Shown here: positions 46,895-57,169 of the stretch, piece by piece
Position numbering within the stretch: position 1 is the first letter of the stretch
Layout of the letters: each line of letters starts with the position of its first letter
Assembly (NCBI GenBank): GCA_023419315.1
Contig: JAEZYE010000054.1
Location: forward strand, 7,705-71,704
DNA from: Pseudomonadota bacterium
GTDB lineage: Bacteria; Pseudomonadota; Gammaproteobacteria; Xanthomonadales; Xanthomonadaceae
Reading direction: 5' to 3'
Length of the DNA: 64,000 bases
Translations under genes and position numbers: made by a program
The notes under the pieces: model-generated
Told to the model about the DNA's origin: nothing
Databases searched by the model: none
Seen by the model: only the letters and a program-made list of their open reading frames with translations

Positions 46895-48268
46895 TCATTC
46901 CTTCTTCGCCGCCGGCGCCAGCATCGACGCAGGCTTGCGGTCGATGACGGTGCGGTTGGCCGTAGTCAGGTAGGTCGCGGCGACACGCTTGAGATCATCC
47001 GACGTCACCGACTGGATCCAGCCGGGAATCCGGTTGGCGACATTGGCGTCGCCCCACAGCGTCTGCAGCTTGGCGAGCGTATCGGCGCGCAGCTGGAACA
47101 TCTCCAGCCCGTTGTACCAGTCGGCCAGCAATTGCGTCTTGATGCGCGTCAGCGTGGCCTCGTCCGCACCTTCGCGTGCGATGCGCGCGATTTCCTCGTC
47201 GATGCCCTTGAGCATGGCATCGGCATCGGTACTCGGCTTATACAGCGCGAACACGGTGAACAGCGTCGGGCCGTCGTATTCCCATTCGCTGGTCAGGCCA
47301 TACAGCAGCTCCACGTTGAGCGCGAGCTCGCGGCCCTTCACCAGACCCTGGTGAAGGCGCGAGGCGTCGCCATTGGCGAGCAGCGCACCGAGCACCGCCA
47401 TCGGCGCCTGATCCTTGCTGCCGCGATCGGGCATCTTCCACGCGGCGGCGATCGCCGGCACCTGTGCGAGCGCATCACTCTGCTGCACGCGCTTTTCCTG
47501 CGTGTTCAGGCCTTCGCGGAAATCCGGCGCGGCCGGCGTGGCGCGCGCGGCAATGCCGCCGAAGTACTTCTGCGCCAGCGCGAAGCCCTGCTCCGGCGTG
47601 ATGTCGCCGGCGATGGCGAGCACGGCGTTGTTCGGGCCGTAATAGTCGCGGTGGAACGCGGCGACATCCTTGAGGCTGGCGTTCTCCAGATCCTCGAAGC
47701 TGCCGTAGCCGTCGTGGTTGTTCTCCCACTTCTGGAACGCGTGCTGGCCGATGTCGATCCACATGAAGCCTCCGTACGGCTGGTTCTTCACGTTGACGCG
47801 AATCTCTTCCTTCACCACGTCCTGCTGGTTCTTCAGCGTTTCCGGATTGAAGTCCAGCGTCTTCATGCGATCGGCTTCCAGCCACAGGATCGCGTCGAGC
47901 GCGGAGACCGGCGCGGTCTCGATGTAATTGGTGAAATCCGGACGGGTCGAACCGTTGTTGCTGCCACCGCCACCGGTGATCACGCTGTCGAACACGCCTT
48001 TCTTCGCGTTCGGCGTGCCCTGGAACATCAGGTGTTCGAACAGGTGCGCGAAGCCGGTGCGATTGCGCGGCTCCAGCCGCATGCCGACGTGGTAGACCAC
48101 GCTGACGCCCACGACCGGCGCGCTGTGATCTTCGGAAATGACGACCGTCAGGCCGTTGTCGAGTTTCTTGACGGCGACCGGCACGGTCCAGCGATCAGCA
48201 TCGGCGGCGAAGGCCGGCACTGACAGCCACAGACCGGCCACCAGCCAGAGTGCTTTGGGTATGCGCAT
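46895..48268 (-). CDS. M16 zinc peptidase, catalytic subunit
   Basis: Signal peptide, TGFAHLFEHLMFQG (HxxEH), LWLEADRM, VKEE.R. Confidence 0.93.
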   Translation of the reverse strand: MRIPKALWLVAGLWLSVPAFAADADRWTVPVAVKKLDNGLTVVISEDHSAPVVGVSVVYHVGMRLEPRNRTGFAHLFEHLMFQGTPNAKKGVFDSVITGGGGSNNGSTRPDFTNYIETAPVSALDAILWLEADRMKTLDFNPETLKNQQDVVKEEIRVNVKNQPYGGFMWIDIGQHAFQKWENNHDGYGSFEDLENASLKDVAAFHRDYYGPNNAVLAIAGDITPEQGFALAQKYFGGIAARATPAAPDFREGLNTQEKRVQQSDALAQVPAIAAAWKMPDRGSKDQAPMAVLGALLANGDASRLHQGLVKGRELALNVELLYGLTSEWEYDGPTLFTVFALYKPSTDADAMLKGIDEEIARIAREGADEATLTRIKTQLLADWYNGLEMFQLRADTLAKLQTLWGDANVANRIPGWIQSVTSDDLKRVAATYLTTANRTVIDRKPASMLAPAAKKE

Positions 48269-48343
48269 GGGTGACTCCCCGGGGACGTCGGACCAGCGTA
48301 GGCGCTGGGCGCGGGCCGCGCCCCGCCCGGAAGTCATGCCTGC

Positions 48344-48793
48344 TCAGCTGCGGGGCTGGCCCGCTGCCGGGCCGCGGCTCACGGTGTAGTGCATGCCGAT
48401 GGACGCCGGAGCGACATCGGCGAATCCGAACTGCGCGTACAGATGCCGGGCGTCGCCGTCGGCGATCAGGGAGACATGCGCGCCCTCCGGCGCATTCGCC
48501 GCCAGCCAGCGGTCCAGCGCGGCCATGATCGCCTTGCCAAGTCCGCGCCGCTGGTGCGCCGGCTCGATCGCGATGTCCACGATCACGAACGAACAACCGC
48601 CATCGCCGATGACCCGCCCCATGCCGACGGTGCGGTCAGCGTGCAGCACGCTGACGCCGAACAGCGTGTTCGGCAGGCCGCGCCGGGCTGACTCGCGCGT
48701 GCGCGGGCTCAGTCCGGAGACAACGCGCAGGCGCAGGAAATCGTCCAGCGTCGCCACCTGTTCGACCAGCGTGTAACCCTCAGGCAGGGTCAT
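48344..48793 (-). CDS. GNAT family N-acetyltransferase
   Basis: VGMGRVIGDG, DIAIEPAHQRRGLG, LYAQFGF. Confidence 0.92.
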   Translation of the reverse strand: MTLPEGYTLVEQVATLDDFLRLRVVSGLSPRTRESARRGLPNTLFGVSVLHADRTVGMGRVIGDGGCSFVIVDIAIEPAHQRRGLGKAIMAALDRWLAANAPEGAHVSLIADGDARHLYAQFGFADVAPASIGMHYTVSRGPAAGQPRS

Positions 48794-50105
48794 TGCCTTC
48801 CTCGACACCGAGGTTGCTCGGCGGCGTGTCGTAGGTCTGGCGATCGAGCAGCCCGGTTTCCTTGGCGACCAGCACCGGCACCACCATCTGGCCGGTGACA
48901 TTGGTCATCGTGCGCATCATGTCGAGCACGCGATCGATGGCGTACAGATAGCCGATGGTTTCCAGCGGCAGGCCCGCGGCGCTCAGCACCACCGTCGCCA
49001 TGATCACCGCGGTGCCCGGCACGCCGGCCGTGCCGAAGCTGCCCAGCACCGACGCGATCAGCACGACCAGATACTGATCCGCGCTCATCGGCACGCCGCT
49101 GTACTGCGATATGAACACCGCGCACAGCGCCGGATAGATCGCGCCGCAGCCGTCCATCTTGATGCTGGCGCCCAGCGGCACCGCGAACGCGGCGTAGCCC
49201 TTGTCCACGCCGAGATTGTGGGTGACGGCGCGGATGGCGGCCGGCATCGAGGCGAAGCTGGACGAGCTGACGAACGCCACCTGCATCGCCGCCGCGGCGC
49301 CACGGAAGAACTTCAACGGATTGAGGCCGTGGCTGAGCAGCAGCAGGCTGTAGATCACGACCACGTGCAGCGCGCATGCCAGGTACAACGCGCCGACGAA
49401 GTTCGCCAGCGGCAGCAGCTTGGCGAAGCCGTAACTGCCGACCAGCGAAGCGATCAGGCCGAAGGTGCCGATCGGCGTCACTTCCAGCACGAAGCGCGTG
49501 ACCTGGATCATCAGCTCGGAGGTTTCGCCCACCAGCTTGCGTACCCCGGCCACGCGCTCGCCGAGCTTCACCATCGCGAAGCCGAGCAGCGCGGCGAAGA
49601 AGATCACCGGCAGGATCGAGCCGCGCCCCGCCGCGAGGACGGTCTCGCCCGCAGTGTTGACGCGGGTGCCGATGCCGGCCAGCGCATAGAACGGATTCGA
49701 AGGCACGACATCCAGCAGCACCTTGATCGGGCTGGGCACATCGCGCGGCACATAGTTCGGATCGACCTGCAGCCCGCTGACGCCCGTGCCTGGCTGCAGG
49801 ATTACACCGACGGCCAAACCGACGCCGACGGCCAGCGCTGCGGTCGCAAGGAACCATGCAAAAGTGCGTCCACCGAGCGCGGCCACCGATTTCTGCCCGT
49901 GCAGGCTGGCGACCGCGTTGATTACCGCGAAGAACACCAGCGGCACCGCGATCATCTTGATCAGCGTCACGTACAGCGTGCCGAGCGGACCGAACCAGAC
50001 ATCGGCCGCCGGCCCCATCAACCAGCCCGCCAGTGCGCCGAGCACGAAACCGGCCAGCACGCGCTGCCAGAACGGGATCTTGAACCACGCGGACACCAGC
50101 TTCAT
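48780..50105 (-). CDS. Dicarboxylate/amino acid:cation symporter (DAACS)
   Basis: LIKMIAVPLVF, AFVSSSS, PLGASIKMDG, GTAGVPG, DRVLDMMRT. Confidence 0.93.
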   Translation of the reverse strand: MKLVSAWFKIPFWQRVLAGFVLGALAGWLMGPAADVWFGPLGTLYVTLIKMIAVPLVFFAVINAVASLHGQKSVAALGGRTFAWFLATAALAVGVGLAVGVILQPGTGVSGLQVDPNYVPRDVPSPIKVLLDVVPSNPFYALAGIGTRVNTAGETVLAAGRGSILPVIFFAALLGFAMVKLGERVAGVRKLVGETSELMIQVTRFVLEVTPIGTFGLIASLVGSYGFAKLLPLANFVGALYLACALHVVVIYSLLLLSHGLNPLKFFRGAAAAMQVAFVSSSSFASMPAAIRAVTHNLGVDKGYAAFAVPLGASIKMDGCGAIYPALCAVFISQYSGVPMSADQYLVVLIASVLGSFGTAGVPGTAVIMATVVLSAAGLPLETIGYLYAIDRVLDMMRTMTNVTGQMVVPVLVAKETGLLDRQTYDTPPSNLGVEEGNDPA

Positions 50106-50248
50106 CGGCACGCCTGCAAAAACGGAGTTCGACACGATACTCCGCGGCCGCCGCGACGGCGACCGCACGACTGGAAAGCCAATGTGTCATCAACAGGACA
50201 CTGTCGCGCCCGCATAATGGCCCGTCACCTGCCGGAGTCGCTGATTCG

Positions 50249-51955
50249 ATGCACCGAAAGACCTTCGTCCTGCCGCTCGTGGGCACGACCCTGATGACCT
50301 TGCTCGCCGGCTGCGCCTCCGCGCCGGGCGCATCTTCCGCTTCCCTCTCCACCTACCGCGTCGACGTGCCGGCGGTGACCCATCCTTCCAGCGAAACGCC
50401 GGCATGGTGGTACCGCAGCGGCGCCGCGCATGCCGCCGCCAATGGCGCGATGAACGGCCGCGCGAAGAACGTCATCCTGTTCCTCGGCGACGGCATGAGC
50501 CTGACCACGGTCGCCGCCGCGCGCATCTTCGACGGCCAGCGCAAGGGCCAGCCGGGCGAGGAAAACCTGCTGAGCTGGGAGCGCTTCCCGCACACCGCTT
50601 TCAGCAAGACCTACAACACCGATTCGCAGACGCCCGATTCGGCCGGCACGATGACCGCAATCACCACGGGCGTGAAAACCCACATGGGCGCGATCGGCGT
50701 GACTGCGGGTCCGCGCACCGATTGCCGCGACAGCCTGGGCAAGGCCGCGCTGACGTGGCTGGAACTGGCCGACAGTGCCGGCATGGCGACGGGCATCGTG
50801 TCGACCGCGCGACTGACCCATGCAACGCCGGCCGCGACCTATGCGCACGTGCCGGATCGCAATTGGGAGAACGACACGGATCTGCCGGCCGACGCCGTCG
50901 CGCAAGGCTGCCAGGACATCGCCGCCCATCTGCTGACGTCCGCGCGCTTCGGGCATGGCCCGACGGTCGCGCTGGGCGGCGGACGCGGCGAGTTCACCAG
51001 CACCGAAGAACGCGACCCCGAGTACGACGACAAGGTCGGTCAGCGTCTGGACGGCCGCAACCTGCCTGCCGAATGGCTGAAGGCGAACCCGCACGGCGCG
51101 TATGTCTGGAACCGCGCGCAACTGGACGCCGCGAAGAACGCACCGCGCCTGCTCGGCCTGTTCGAGCCGGACCACATGCAGTTTGAACATGATCGCCCGC
51201 GCGATGGCGCCGGCGAGCCCTCGCTGGCCGAGATGACCCGCGCCGCCATCCACACGCTCTCGCGCCAGCCGCAGGGCTACGTGCTGATGATCGAGGGCGC
51301 GCGCATCGATCACGCCAACCACTACGGCAATGCATACCGCGCGCTCGACGAAACCGTCGCGCTGTCCGAAGCCGTGCAGGCCGCACTGGAAGCGACCTCG
51401 CGCGAAGACACGCTCATTCTCGTCACCGCCGATCACTCGCATACGCTGAACTTCGTCGGCTATCCCGTGCGCGGCAACCCCATCCTCGGAAAAGTCCGCG
51501 GCCAGGGCGGCGAAGACGATGCCCCCGGCGATCTCGCCCGTGACCAGCTCGGGCTGCCGTTCACCACGCTGAGCTATGCCAACGGTCCCGGCTATACCGG
51601 CGCCGGCAATCGCCAGCCCGCCGGTCCGAAGAAATTCCTGCATGCGCCGAGCAGCGTCGAAGCCGCGGAAGGGCGTCCGGACCTGAGCCATGTCGACACC
51701 GAGCATCCGGACTACCTGCAGGAAGCGCTGGTGCCGCTGAAATCGGAATCGCACGGCGGCGAAGACGTCGGCATCTGGGCGATCGGCCCGGGCAGCGAAG
51801 CGATTCGCGGCACGGTCGAGCAGAACGTCATCTATCACTTCATCGTGCAGGCGACACCGAAACTGCGCGAACGCCTGTGCGCCGCCGACACCTGTGACGC
51901 CAACGGCGTGCCGGTTGAACTGCCGCGCCCGGACGATTTCATCCGCAAGCCGTGA
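50249..51955 (+). CDS. Alkaline phosphatase (PhoA family) lipoprotein
   Basis: Lipobox LAGC, ILFLGDGM, TPDSAGT, THATPAA, EGARIDHANH, VTADHSH, HGGEDV. Confidence 0.95.
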   Translation: MHRKTFVLPLVGTTLMTLLAGCASAPGASSASLSTYRVDVPAVTHPSSETPAWWYRSGAAHAAANGAMNGRAKNVILFLGDGMSLTTVAAARIFDGQRKGQPGEENLLSWERFPHTAFSKTYNTDSQTPDSAGTMTAITTGVKTHMGAIGVTAGPRTDCRDSLGKAALTWLELADSAGMATGIVSTARLTHATPAATYAHVPDRNWENDTDLPADAVAQGCQDIAAHLLTSARFGHGPTVALGGGRGEFTSTEERDPEYDDKVGQRLDGRNLPAEWLKANPHGAYVWNRAQLDAAKNAPRLLGLFEPDHMQFEHDRPRDGAGEPSLAEMTRAAIHTLSRQPQGYVLMIEGARIDHANHYGNAYRALDETVALSEAVQAALEATSREDTLILVTADHSHTLNFVGYPVRGNPILGKVRGQGGEDDAPGDLARDQLGLPFTTLSYANGPGYTGAGNRQPAGPKKFLHAPSSVEAAEGRPDLSHVDTEHPDYLQEALVPLKSESHGGEDVGIWAIGPGSEAIRGTVEQNVIYHFIVQATPKLRERLCAADTCDANGVPVELPRPDDFIRKP

Positions 51956-52006
51956 CGCGACGATGCCGCGCTTCCCGAAACGGAAGCGCGGCAACTTGAT
52001 GCAGAC

Positions 52007-52459
52007 TCAGAACGGCTTCGCCAGCACCAGCCACACCACCGCGATCAGCGCGAACAGAGGCAGTTCGTTGAACAGCCGCAGCGCGAACGAAGTCGGCAGC
52101 GTGCGACCTTTCTCGATGCCCTTCAGCCAGCGTCCGGTGACGATGAAGTGCACCAGGATCAGCACCACCAGCGTCAGCTTGACGTGCAGCCATGCCGTCC
52201 CTTGCCCGACCATCGTCGGGAAATCCGGAATCACCCGGTAACCCAGCCAAGACACCAGCCCGAACAGGAACGCCAGGCCGAACATGTGATGGCCGAAGCG
52301 ATACAGCTTGCGGCCCATCAGCAACAACCGCGCCTGCACGTCCGGCTGCCCGCGTGTCTCCGACAGGTTCACCAGGATGCGGGGCAGATAGAAGACCGTG
52401 GCCATCCACGCGATGACGAACACGATGTGGAAGGTCTTGATCCAGAAGTACAGGCCCAT
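52007..52459 (-). CDS. HemJ/UPF0093 (CopD-like) membrane protein
   Basis: WIKTFHIVFVIAW...YLPR, WLHVKL, RLFNELP, LVLAKPF. Confidence 0.85.
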   Translation of the reverse strand: MGLYFWIKTFHIVFVIAWMATVFYLPRILVNLSETRGQPDVQARLLLMGRKLYRFGHHMFGLAFLFGLVSWLGYRVIPDFPTMVGQGTAWLHVKLTLVVLILVHFIVTGRWLKGIEKGRTLPTSFALRLFNELPLFALIAVVWLVLAKPF

Positions 52460-52578
52460 GGGCGGCTCCGTTGACGTGGCTGCGCGCGATTCTCCGTGAT
52501 GGATCATGAAACTGTCCAACGCTTGGACCGCGCGGACGCAGCAGCGAGAATGGCCGCCCGCCCTGCAACCCGCCGCCG

Positions 52579-53175
52579 ATGAAGACCTACGACGCCGACT
52601 ATTTCCAGCGCTGGTACCGCGACGGCAGCATCGGCGGCGCGCAACGCCTCTCACGCAAGGTGGCGCTGGCCGTCGCCACCGCCGAGTACTACCTCGAACG
52701 CCCGATCCGCAGCGTGCTCGACATCGGTTGCGGTGAAGGCGCGTGGCGCGCGCCGCTGCTGAAGCTGCGCCCCAGAGTGCATTACCTCGGCTTCGACAGC
52801 AGCGAGTACGCCGTGCGCCGCTACGGCCGGCAACGCAACCTGCATCTGGCCCAGTTCGCCGATTTCGAATTCCTGCGCCCGTGCGCGCCGGTGGACCTGC
52901 TGATCTGTTCGGACGTGATGCACTACGTGCCCACGCGCGAACTCAAGCGCGGCCTGCCCGGCGTGGCGGAACTCTGCGGCGGCCTGGCGTTCCTGGAAAC
53001 CTTCACCCGTGAGGATGACTACGAGGGCGATCACGACGGTTTCCAGCCCCGCACGGCGCGCTGGTACCGGCAGGCGCTGGACGCGGTGGGGCTGCGGCCG
53101 GTGGGCAGTCATTGCTGGCTGCCCCGGACCCGCGCCGACGAGCTCGCCGCACTGGAACGCGCGGACCGCGCCTGA
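52579..53175 (+). CDS. Class I SAM-dependent methyltransferase
   Basis: SVLDIGCGEG, DLLICSDVMHY. Confidence 0.88.
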   Translation: MKTYDADYFQRWYRDGSIGGAQRLSRKVALAVATAEYYLERPIRSVLDIGCGEGAWRAPLLKLRPRVHYLGFDSSEYAVRRYGRQRNLHLAQFADFEFLRPCAPVDLLICSDVMHYVPTRELKRGLPGVAELCGGLAFLETFTREDDYEGDHDGFQPRTARWYRQALDAVGLRPVGSHCWLPRTRADELAALERADRA

Positions 53176-53257
53176 ACAGGCGAATTCACGGCCCGTCCCC
53201 GTCTGCGGTATGCTGCGCCGCAACAGAAAGCACCCCGGACCGGGATTCCCCGACAGC

Positions 53258-54508
53258 ATGACCTTCCTGTACCAGTGGCATGAGCTGGGCCGCGCCTGGA
53301 TGGCGCCGCTTGCCTACATGGCCGAAGCCAACGCACGCATCTTTTCCGCACCGGGCAGCTGGCTGTCCAGCGTGCCGGGCGCCGAGCGCATCGCCGCGGG
53401 CAATGAACTGATCCACCGCATCGGCAAGGACTACGAAAAGCCGGCGTGGGACATCCACGAAATCGAGATCAACGGCCACAAGGTGCCGGTGGTCGAACAG
53501 GAAATCATCGGCAAGCCGTTCTGCCGCCTGCTGCGCTTCAAGCGCTACACCGACGACGCCGGCAGCATCGCGCAATTGAAGGACGACCCGGTCGTGCTGG
53601 TGGTCGCGCCGCTGTCCGGCCACCATGCCACGCTGCTGCGCGACACCGTGCGCACGCTGCTGCGCGATCACAAGGTCTACATCACCGACTGGGTCGACGC
53701 CCGGATGGTGCCGACCGGAGACGGCGATTTCAGTCTCGATGACTATGTCGCCTACATCGAGGAATTCATCCGCCACATCGGCGCGGACACCCTGCATGTG
53801 ATCAGCGTCTGCCAGCCCACGGTGCCGGTGCTGGCCGCGGTATCGCTGATGGCCGCGCGCGGCGAGCCGACCCCGCGCACGCTGACCATGATGGGCGGTC
53901 CGATCGATGCGCGCCGCAGCCCGACCGAGGTCAACAGTCTGGCCACGCGCAATCCGCTGTCATGGTTCGAGAACAACGTCATCCACACCGTGCCGATGCC
54001 CTACCCCGGCCATGGCCGCGCGGTGTATCCGGGCTTCCTGCAGCACGCCGGATTCATCGCGATGAATCCCAGCCGGCACTTCATGTCGCACTGGGATTTC
54101 TACGCCAACCTGGTGAAGGGCGATCAGCAGGACGCCGAATCGCATCGCCGCTTCTACGACGAATACAACGCCGTGCTCGACATGCCGGCGGAGTATTACC
54201 TCGACACCATCCGCGTCGTGTTCCAGGAGTTCCTGCTGCCGCGCGGCAAGTGGCAGGTCAACGGTGAACGGGTGAAACCGGCCGCGATCCGCAAGACCGG
54301 CATCCTCACCATCGAAGGCGAACTCGACGACATTTCCGGTCTGGGCCAGACCGCGGCGGCGCATGATCTCTGTACCGGCGTCGCCAAGTCCGATCACCGC
54401 CACATCACCGTCGAAGGCGCCGGCCATTACGGCATCTTCAGCGGCCGCCGCTGGCGCGAGAAGGTGTATCCGCAGGTGCGCGACTTCATCGCGAAATACT
54501 CGGCCTGA
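53258..54508 (+). CDS. phaZ: Intracellular polyhydroxyalkanoate depolymerase
   Basis: VAPLSGHHATLLR, catalytic Cys in SVCQP, VYPGFLQ, EGELDDI, GHYGIFSGRRW. Confidence 0.93.
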   Translation: MTFLYQWHELGRAWMAPLAYMAEANARIFSAPGSWLSSVPGAERIAAGNELIHRIGKDYEKPAWDIHEIEINGHKVPVVEQEIIGKPFCRLLRFKRYTDDAGSIAQLKDDPVVLVVAPLSGHHATLLRDTVRTLLRDHKVYITDWVDARMVPTGDGDFSLDDYVAYIEEFIRHIGADTLHVISVCQPTVPVLAAVSLMAARGEPTPRTLTMMGGPIDARRSPTEVNSLATRNPLSWFENNVIHTVPMPYPGHGRAVYPGFLQHAGFIAMNPSRHFMSHWDFYANLVKGDQQDAESHRRFYDEYNAVLDMPAEYYLDTIRVVFQEFLLPRGKWQVNGERVKPAAIRKTGILTIEGELDDISGLGQTAAAHDLCTGVAKSDHRHITVEGAGHYGIFSGRRWREKVYPQVRDFIAKYSA

Positions 54509-54524
54509 TCCCGACACCGCGCGT

Positions 54525-54555
54525 AAAAAAAAAGCCCCGCGAATGCGGGGCTTTT
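54525..54555. terminator. Bidirectional terminator
   Basis: A9-GCCCCGC-GAAT-GCGGGGCTTTT between convergent genes. Confidence 0.88.
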
Positions 54556-54576
54556 CGTTGCGGCGACGCGCGTGCC

Positions 54577-55488
54577 TCACACCACCGGATTGCGCACCAG
54601 CAGCTGCTTGGCCAGCCAGCCGTGGACCTTGCCGACCGCGCGCGCCAGATGCAGCGTGGCGAACAGCATCACGACACCGAGCACGCACAGCACCGGAATC
54701 ATGAAAGCACCGTTGCCATCGCCGAACGGCCACAGCGTGACGTCCCAGTGCGCGGGAAACACCAGCACCAGCGGCGTGGCGACCAGCGCGAGCGACAGGC
54801 TCAGCAGCGTCACCGCGACGGAGAAGTACAACGTGCCGATCGGCTGCATCAGCAGGAAGTACAACATCGCGCTCCACGTGCGTCCGTCGGTGAACATTTC
54901 CTTGATGCGCGTCATCCACGGCTTGTCGCGCTGCGTGTAGAGCGGGCGGCGCGGCATGCGTTCGCCCAGCAGCACTTCGACGATGCGTCCCTCCACCAGC
55001 GACAGCAACCGCACCGAAGCCAGGAACAGCATCAGCAGTGGAATGCCGATGATGAGGATCAACAGGCCGAGCGAGAGGCTGGCGCCGGTGACCACCCAGG
55101 TGAAGTAGAAGACGCCCGTCGCCATCGACAGCAGCATGTAGAACAGCGCGCCGTAGGTGCGCGGATCCGCCGCCACACCGAAGAAGCGCCCGAGTGGGGA
55201 TTGACGCTTCGGCGGCAGCGGCGGTTTCAGCGCACGCGACACGGTCACTTCGGTGTCGCGATAGATGTCGGCCACTTCGGCGGGCGCACCGTAACTGCCG
55301 GCCACCGAGGCGATCACTTCGGCTTCGCTGCGGCCGGCCTGTTCGGCGAGCTCCGAACGCAGGTATTCCTCGGCGTCGTACAGCGCATCCTGGATCAACG
55401 CCGGATCCGCACCGGCGAGCGCGGCGCGCAGCTGTTCCAGGTATTCGGGGATGGTGGTGGGAAGACGCGGTTGGGTTGCGGTGTTCAT
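54577..55488 (-). CDS. Membrane sensor-domain protein with N-terminal HAAS/DUF1700-like domain
   Basis: IPEYLEQLRAAL...DAEEYL...YGAPAEVA followed by four TM segments; ATGA overlap with the PadR gene. Confidence 0.8.
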   Translation of the reverse strand: MNTATQPRLPTTIPEYLEQLRAALAGADPALIQDALYDAEEYLRSELAEQAGRSEAEVIASVAGSYGAPAEVADIYRDTEVTVSRALKPPLPPKRQSPLGRFFGVAADPRTYGALFYMLLSMATGVFYFTWVVTGASLSLGLLILIIGIPLLMLFLASVRLLSLVEGRIVEVLLGERMPRRPLYTQRDKPWMTRIKEMFTDGRTWSAMLYFLLMQPIGTLYFSVAVTLLSLSLALVATPLVLVFPAHWDVTLWPFGDGNGAFMIPVLCVLGVVMLFATLHLARAVGKVHGWLAKQLLVRNPVV

Positions 55489-55850
55489 GCTGGTATCCCC
55501 GACAGGACGGAATCGACGGAATCACGGGTGGCGCGCCAGGCGGCCGCCCAGCCTTGCAGGGTTTCCCGCCCTGCCGCGGTGATGCGGTAGTAACGCCGGG
55601 GAGGACCGGCGACGGATGGCTCGACGAAACTTTCCAGCAACCCCGCCCCTTCGAGGTTGCGCAACACCGGATACAGCGCACTCTGCTTGCCGCTCAGCAC
55701 GCCGTCGCCAACGCGTTCCAGCTGTTTGGCGATGAGGTAGCCGTACATCGGCTCCTGCGCTTTCGCCAGCACGGCCAGCAGCGCCAGCGAGACAGTGCCG
55801 GCGCTCAGCTCCTTGTGGAACTTCTTCAGGTAGGCATCCGGTTCGGTCAT
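55485..55850 (-). CDS. PadR family transcriptional regulator
   Basis: PMYGYLI, ALYPVLRNLE..GLL, GPPRRYYRIT..GR. Confidence 0.93.
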   Translation of the reverse strand: MTEPDAYLKKFHKELSAGTVSLALLAVLAKAQEPMYGYLIAKQLERVGDGVLSGKQSALYPVLRNLEGAGLLESFVEPSVAGPPRRYYRITAAGRETLQGWAAAWRATRDSVDSVLSGIPA

Positions 55851-56004
55851 GGCGGTCTCCTGCCAGCTAGCTTGGAGACAACACTATTGCGAAGTTGGGT
55901 ATAGCGAATGTGCTGGTAGTCACGCTGCGCGGAAACATCGCGCCGTGCGGCCGCCTCCACCTTCCTGCGTAGAATCGGGCCCTTCTTCTCCTTCGGGACC
56001 GCCC

Positions 56005-56922
56005 ATGACCCTGCGCCTTGCCCTGCTTGCTTCCGCCGTCGCCCTGGCCGTCGTACTGCCCGCGTCGGCCGCCGAACCCGCCAAGTACCGCAGCGCGCAG
56101 GAAATCATCGACGCCGCGCCGGACAGCGACTGGCGCACGCTGGATCCGGCCAACACGCTTTACCTGGAACTGGACAGCGGCCGCGTCGTCATCGAACTGG
56201 CCCCGCAGTTCGCGCCGGAACATGTCGCCAACATCCGCACGCTGGCGAAGGAAGGATTCTGGAACGGCCTGAATTTCTACCGCTCGCAGGACAACTGGGT
56301 CGTGCAGTTCGGCGATCCCACCGAAGATGAAACCAAACGCAAGTCGATCGGCAGCGCAAAGAACAAGCTGCCCGCCGAACTCGAACGCAAGGCGCAGGGC
56401 CTGACGTTCACCGCGCTGCCCGACAGTGACGGCTGGGCGCCGGAAGTCGGCTTCGTTGAAGGCTTTGCGGCCGGGCGTGATCCGAAGAGCGGTCAGGCCT
56501 GGGCGGCGCATTGCTATGGCTCGGTCGGCGCCGCGCGTGATACCGCGCCCGACAGCAGCAACGGCACCGAACTGTATGTGGTCATCGGCCAGTCCCCGCG
56601 CCAGCTGGATCGCAACATCACCGTCGTCGGCCGCGTGGTGAAAGGCATGGAACTGCTGAGCGTACTCAAGCGCGGGCCGGACCCGATGGGCATGTATGCC
56701 GCGCCCGCCGACTACACGCCGATTCGCGCCATCCGGCTCGCCAGTGAAGTACCCGAATCCGAGCGCACCGCACTGCAACTGCTGCGCACCGATTCGAAGA
56801 CCTTCGCCGAAGCCACTGAAGCCCGACGCAATCGCCGCGACAGCTGGTACGTGCGTCCAGCCGGCCACATCGACCTGTGCAACGTTCCGCTGCCCGTCCG
56901 CACGCCGAAAACGAAGTCCTGA
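56005..56922 (+). CDS. Secreted cyclophilin-type peptidyl-prolyl isomerase
   Basis: Signal peptide, [37 protein letters not shown]. Confidence 0.88.
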   Translation: MTLRLALLASAVALAVVLPASAAEPAKYRSAQEIIDAAPDSDWRTLDPANTLYLELDSGRVVIELAPQFAPEHVANIRTLAKEGFWNGLNFYRSQDNWVVQFGDPTEDETKRKSIGSAKNKLPAELERKAQGLTFTALPDSDGWAPEVGFVEGFAAGRDPKSGQAWAAHCYGSVGAARDTAPDSSNGTELYVVIGQSPRQLDRNITVVGRVVKGMELLSVLKRGPDPMGMYAAPADYTPIRAIRLASEVPESERTALQLLRTDSKTFAEATEARRNRRDSWYVRPAGHIDLCNVPLPVRTPKTKS

Positions 56923-56947
56923 TCCGCCTGCCGTTGCCGCCGCGGGC

Positions 56948-57169
56948 TCAGGCGATGCGCTTGTGCGCTTCCTCGATGATGCGTTTGTCGAGGATGCGCA
57001 CGGCGCCCACCATCAGCAGCCGCAGGTCGCTCACGATCGCCTCGGCAAGATCCGCATCGCTGATCCCGTCACCGTCGATATCCAGCCGGAACTGCTGACC
57101 CTGCAGGCCGCCGCCGTTGCTGAAGTCGATTTCGAAATCGAACACCACGCGGTGCTGCACGCCGCTCAT
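56948..57169 (-). CDS. Small 73-aa conserved protein resembling the N-terminal module of some cyclase-family proteins
   Basis: VVFDFEIDFSNGGGLQGQQFRLDI...DLRLLMVGAVRI...EEAHKR; ATGA overlap with the EamA stop. Only the 3' end of the 295-aa track ORF is judged real. Confidence 0.75.
   Translation of the reverse strand: MSGVQHRVVFDFEIDFSNGGGLQGQQFRLDIDGDGISDADLAEAIVSDLRLLMVGAVRILDKRIIEEAHKRIA

Noticed and set aside
52000..54560. Possible second compositional block (more CTG/ACC; terminator stem same as at 5488-5513)
   Set aside because: Codon usage is still mixed, no sharp boundary is visible, and the GCCCCGC stem is a common terminator.
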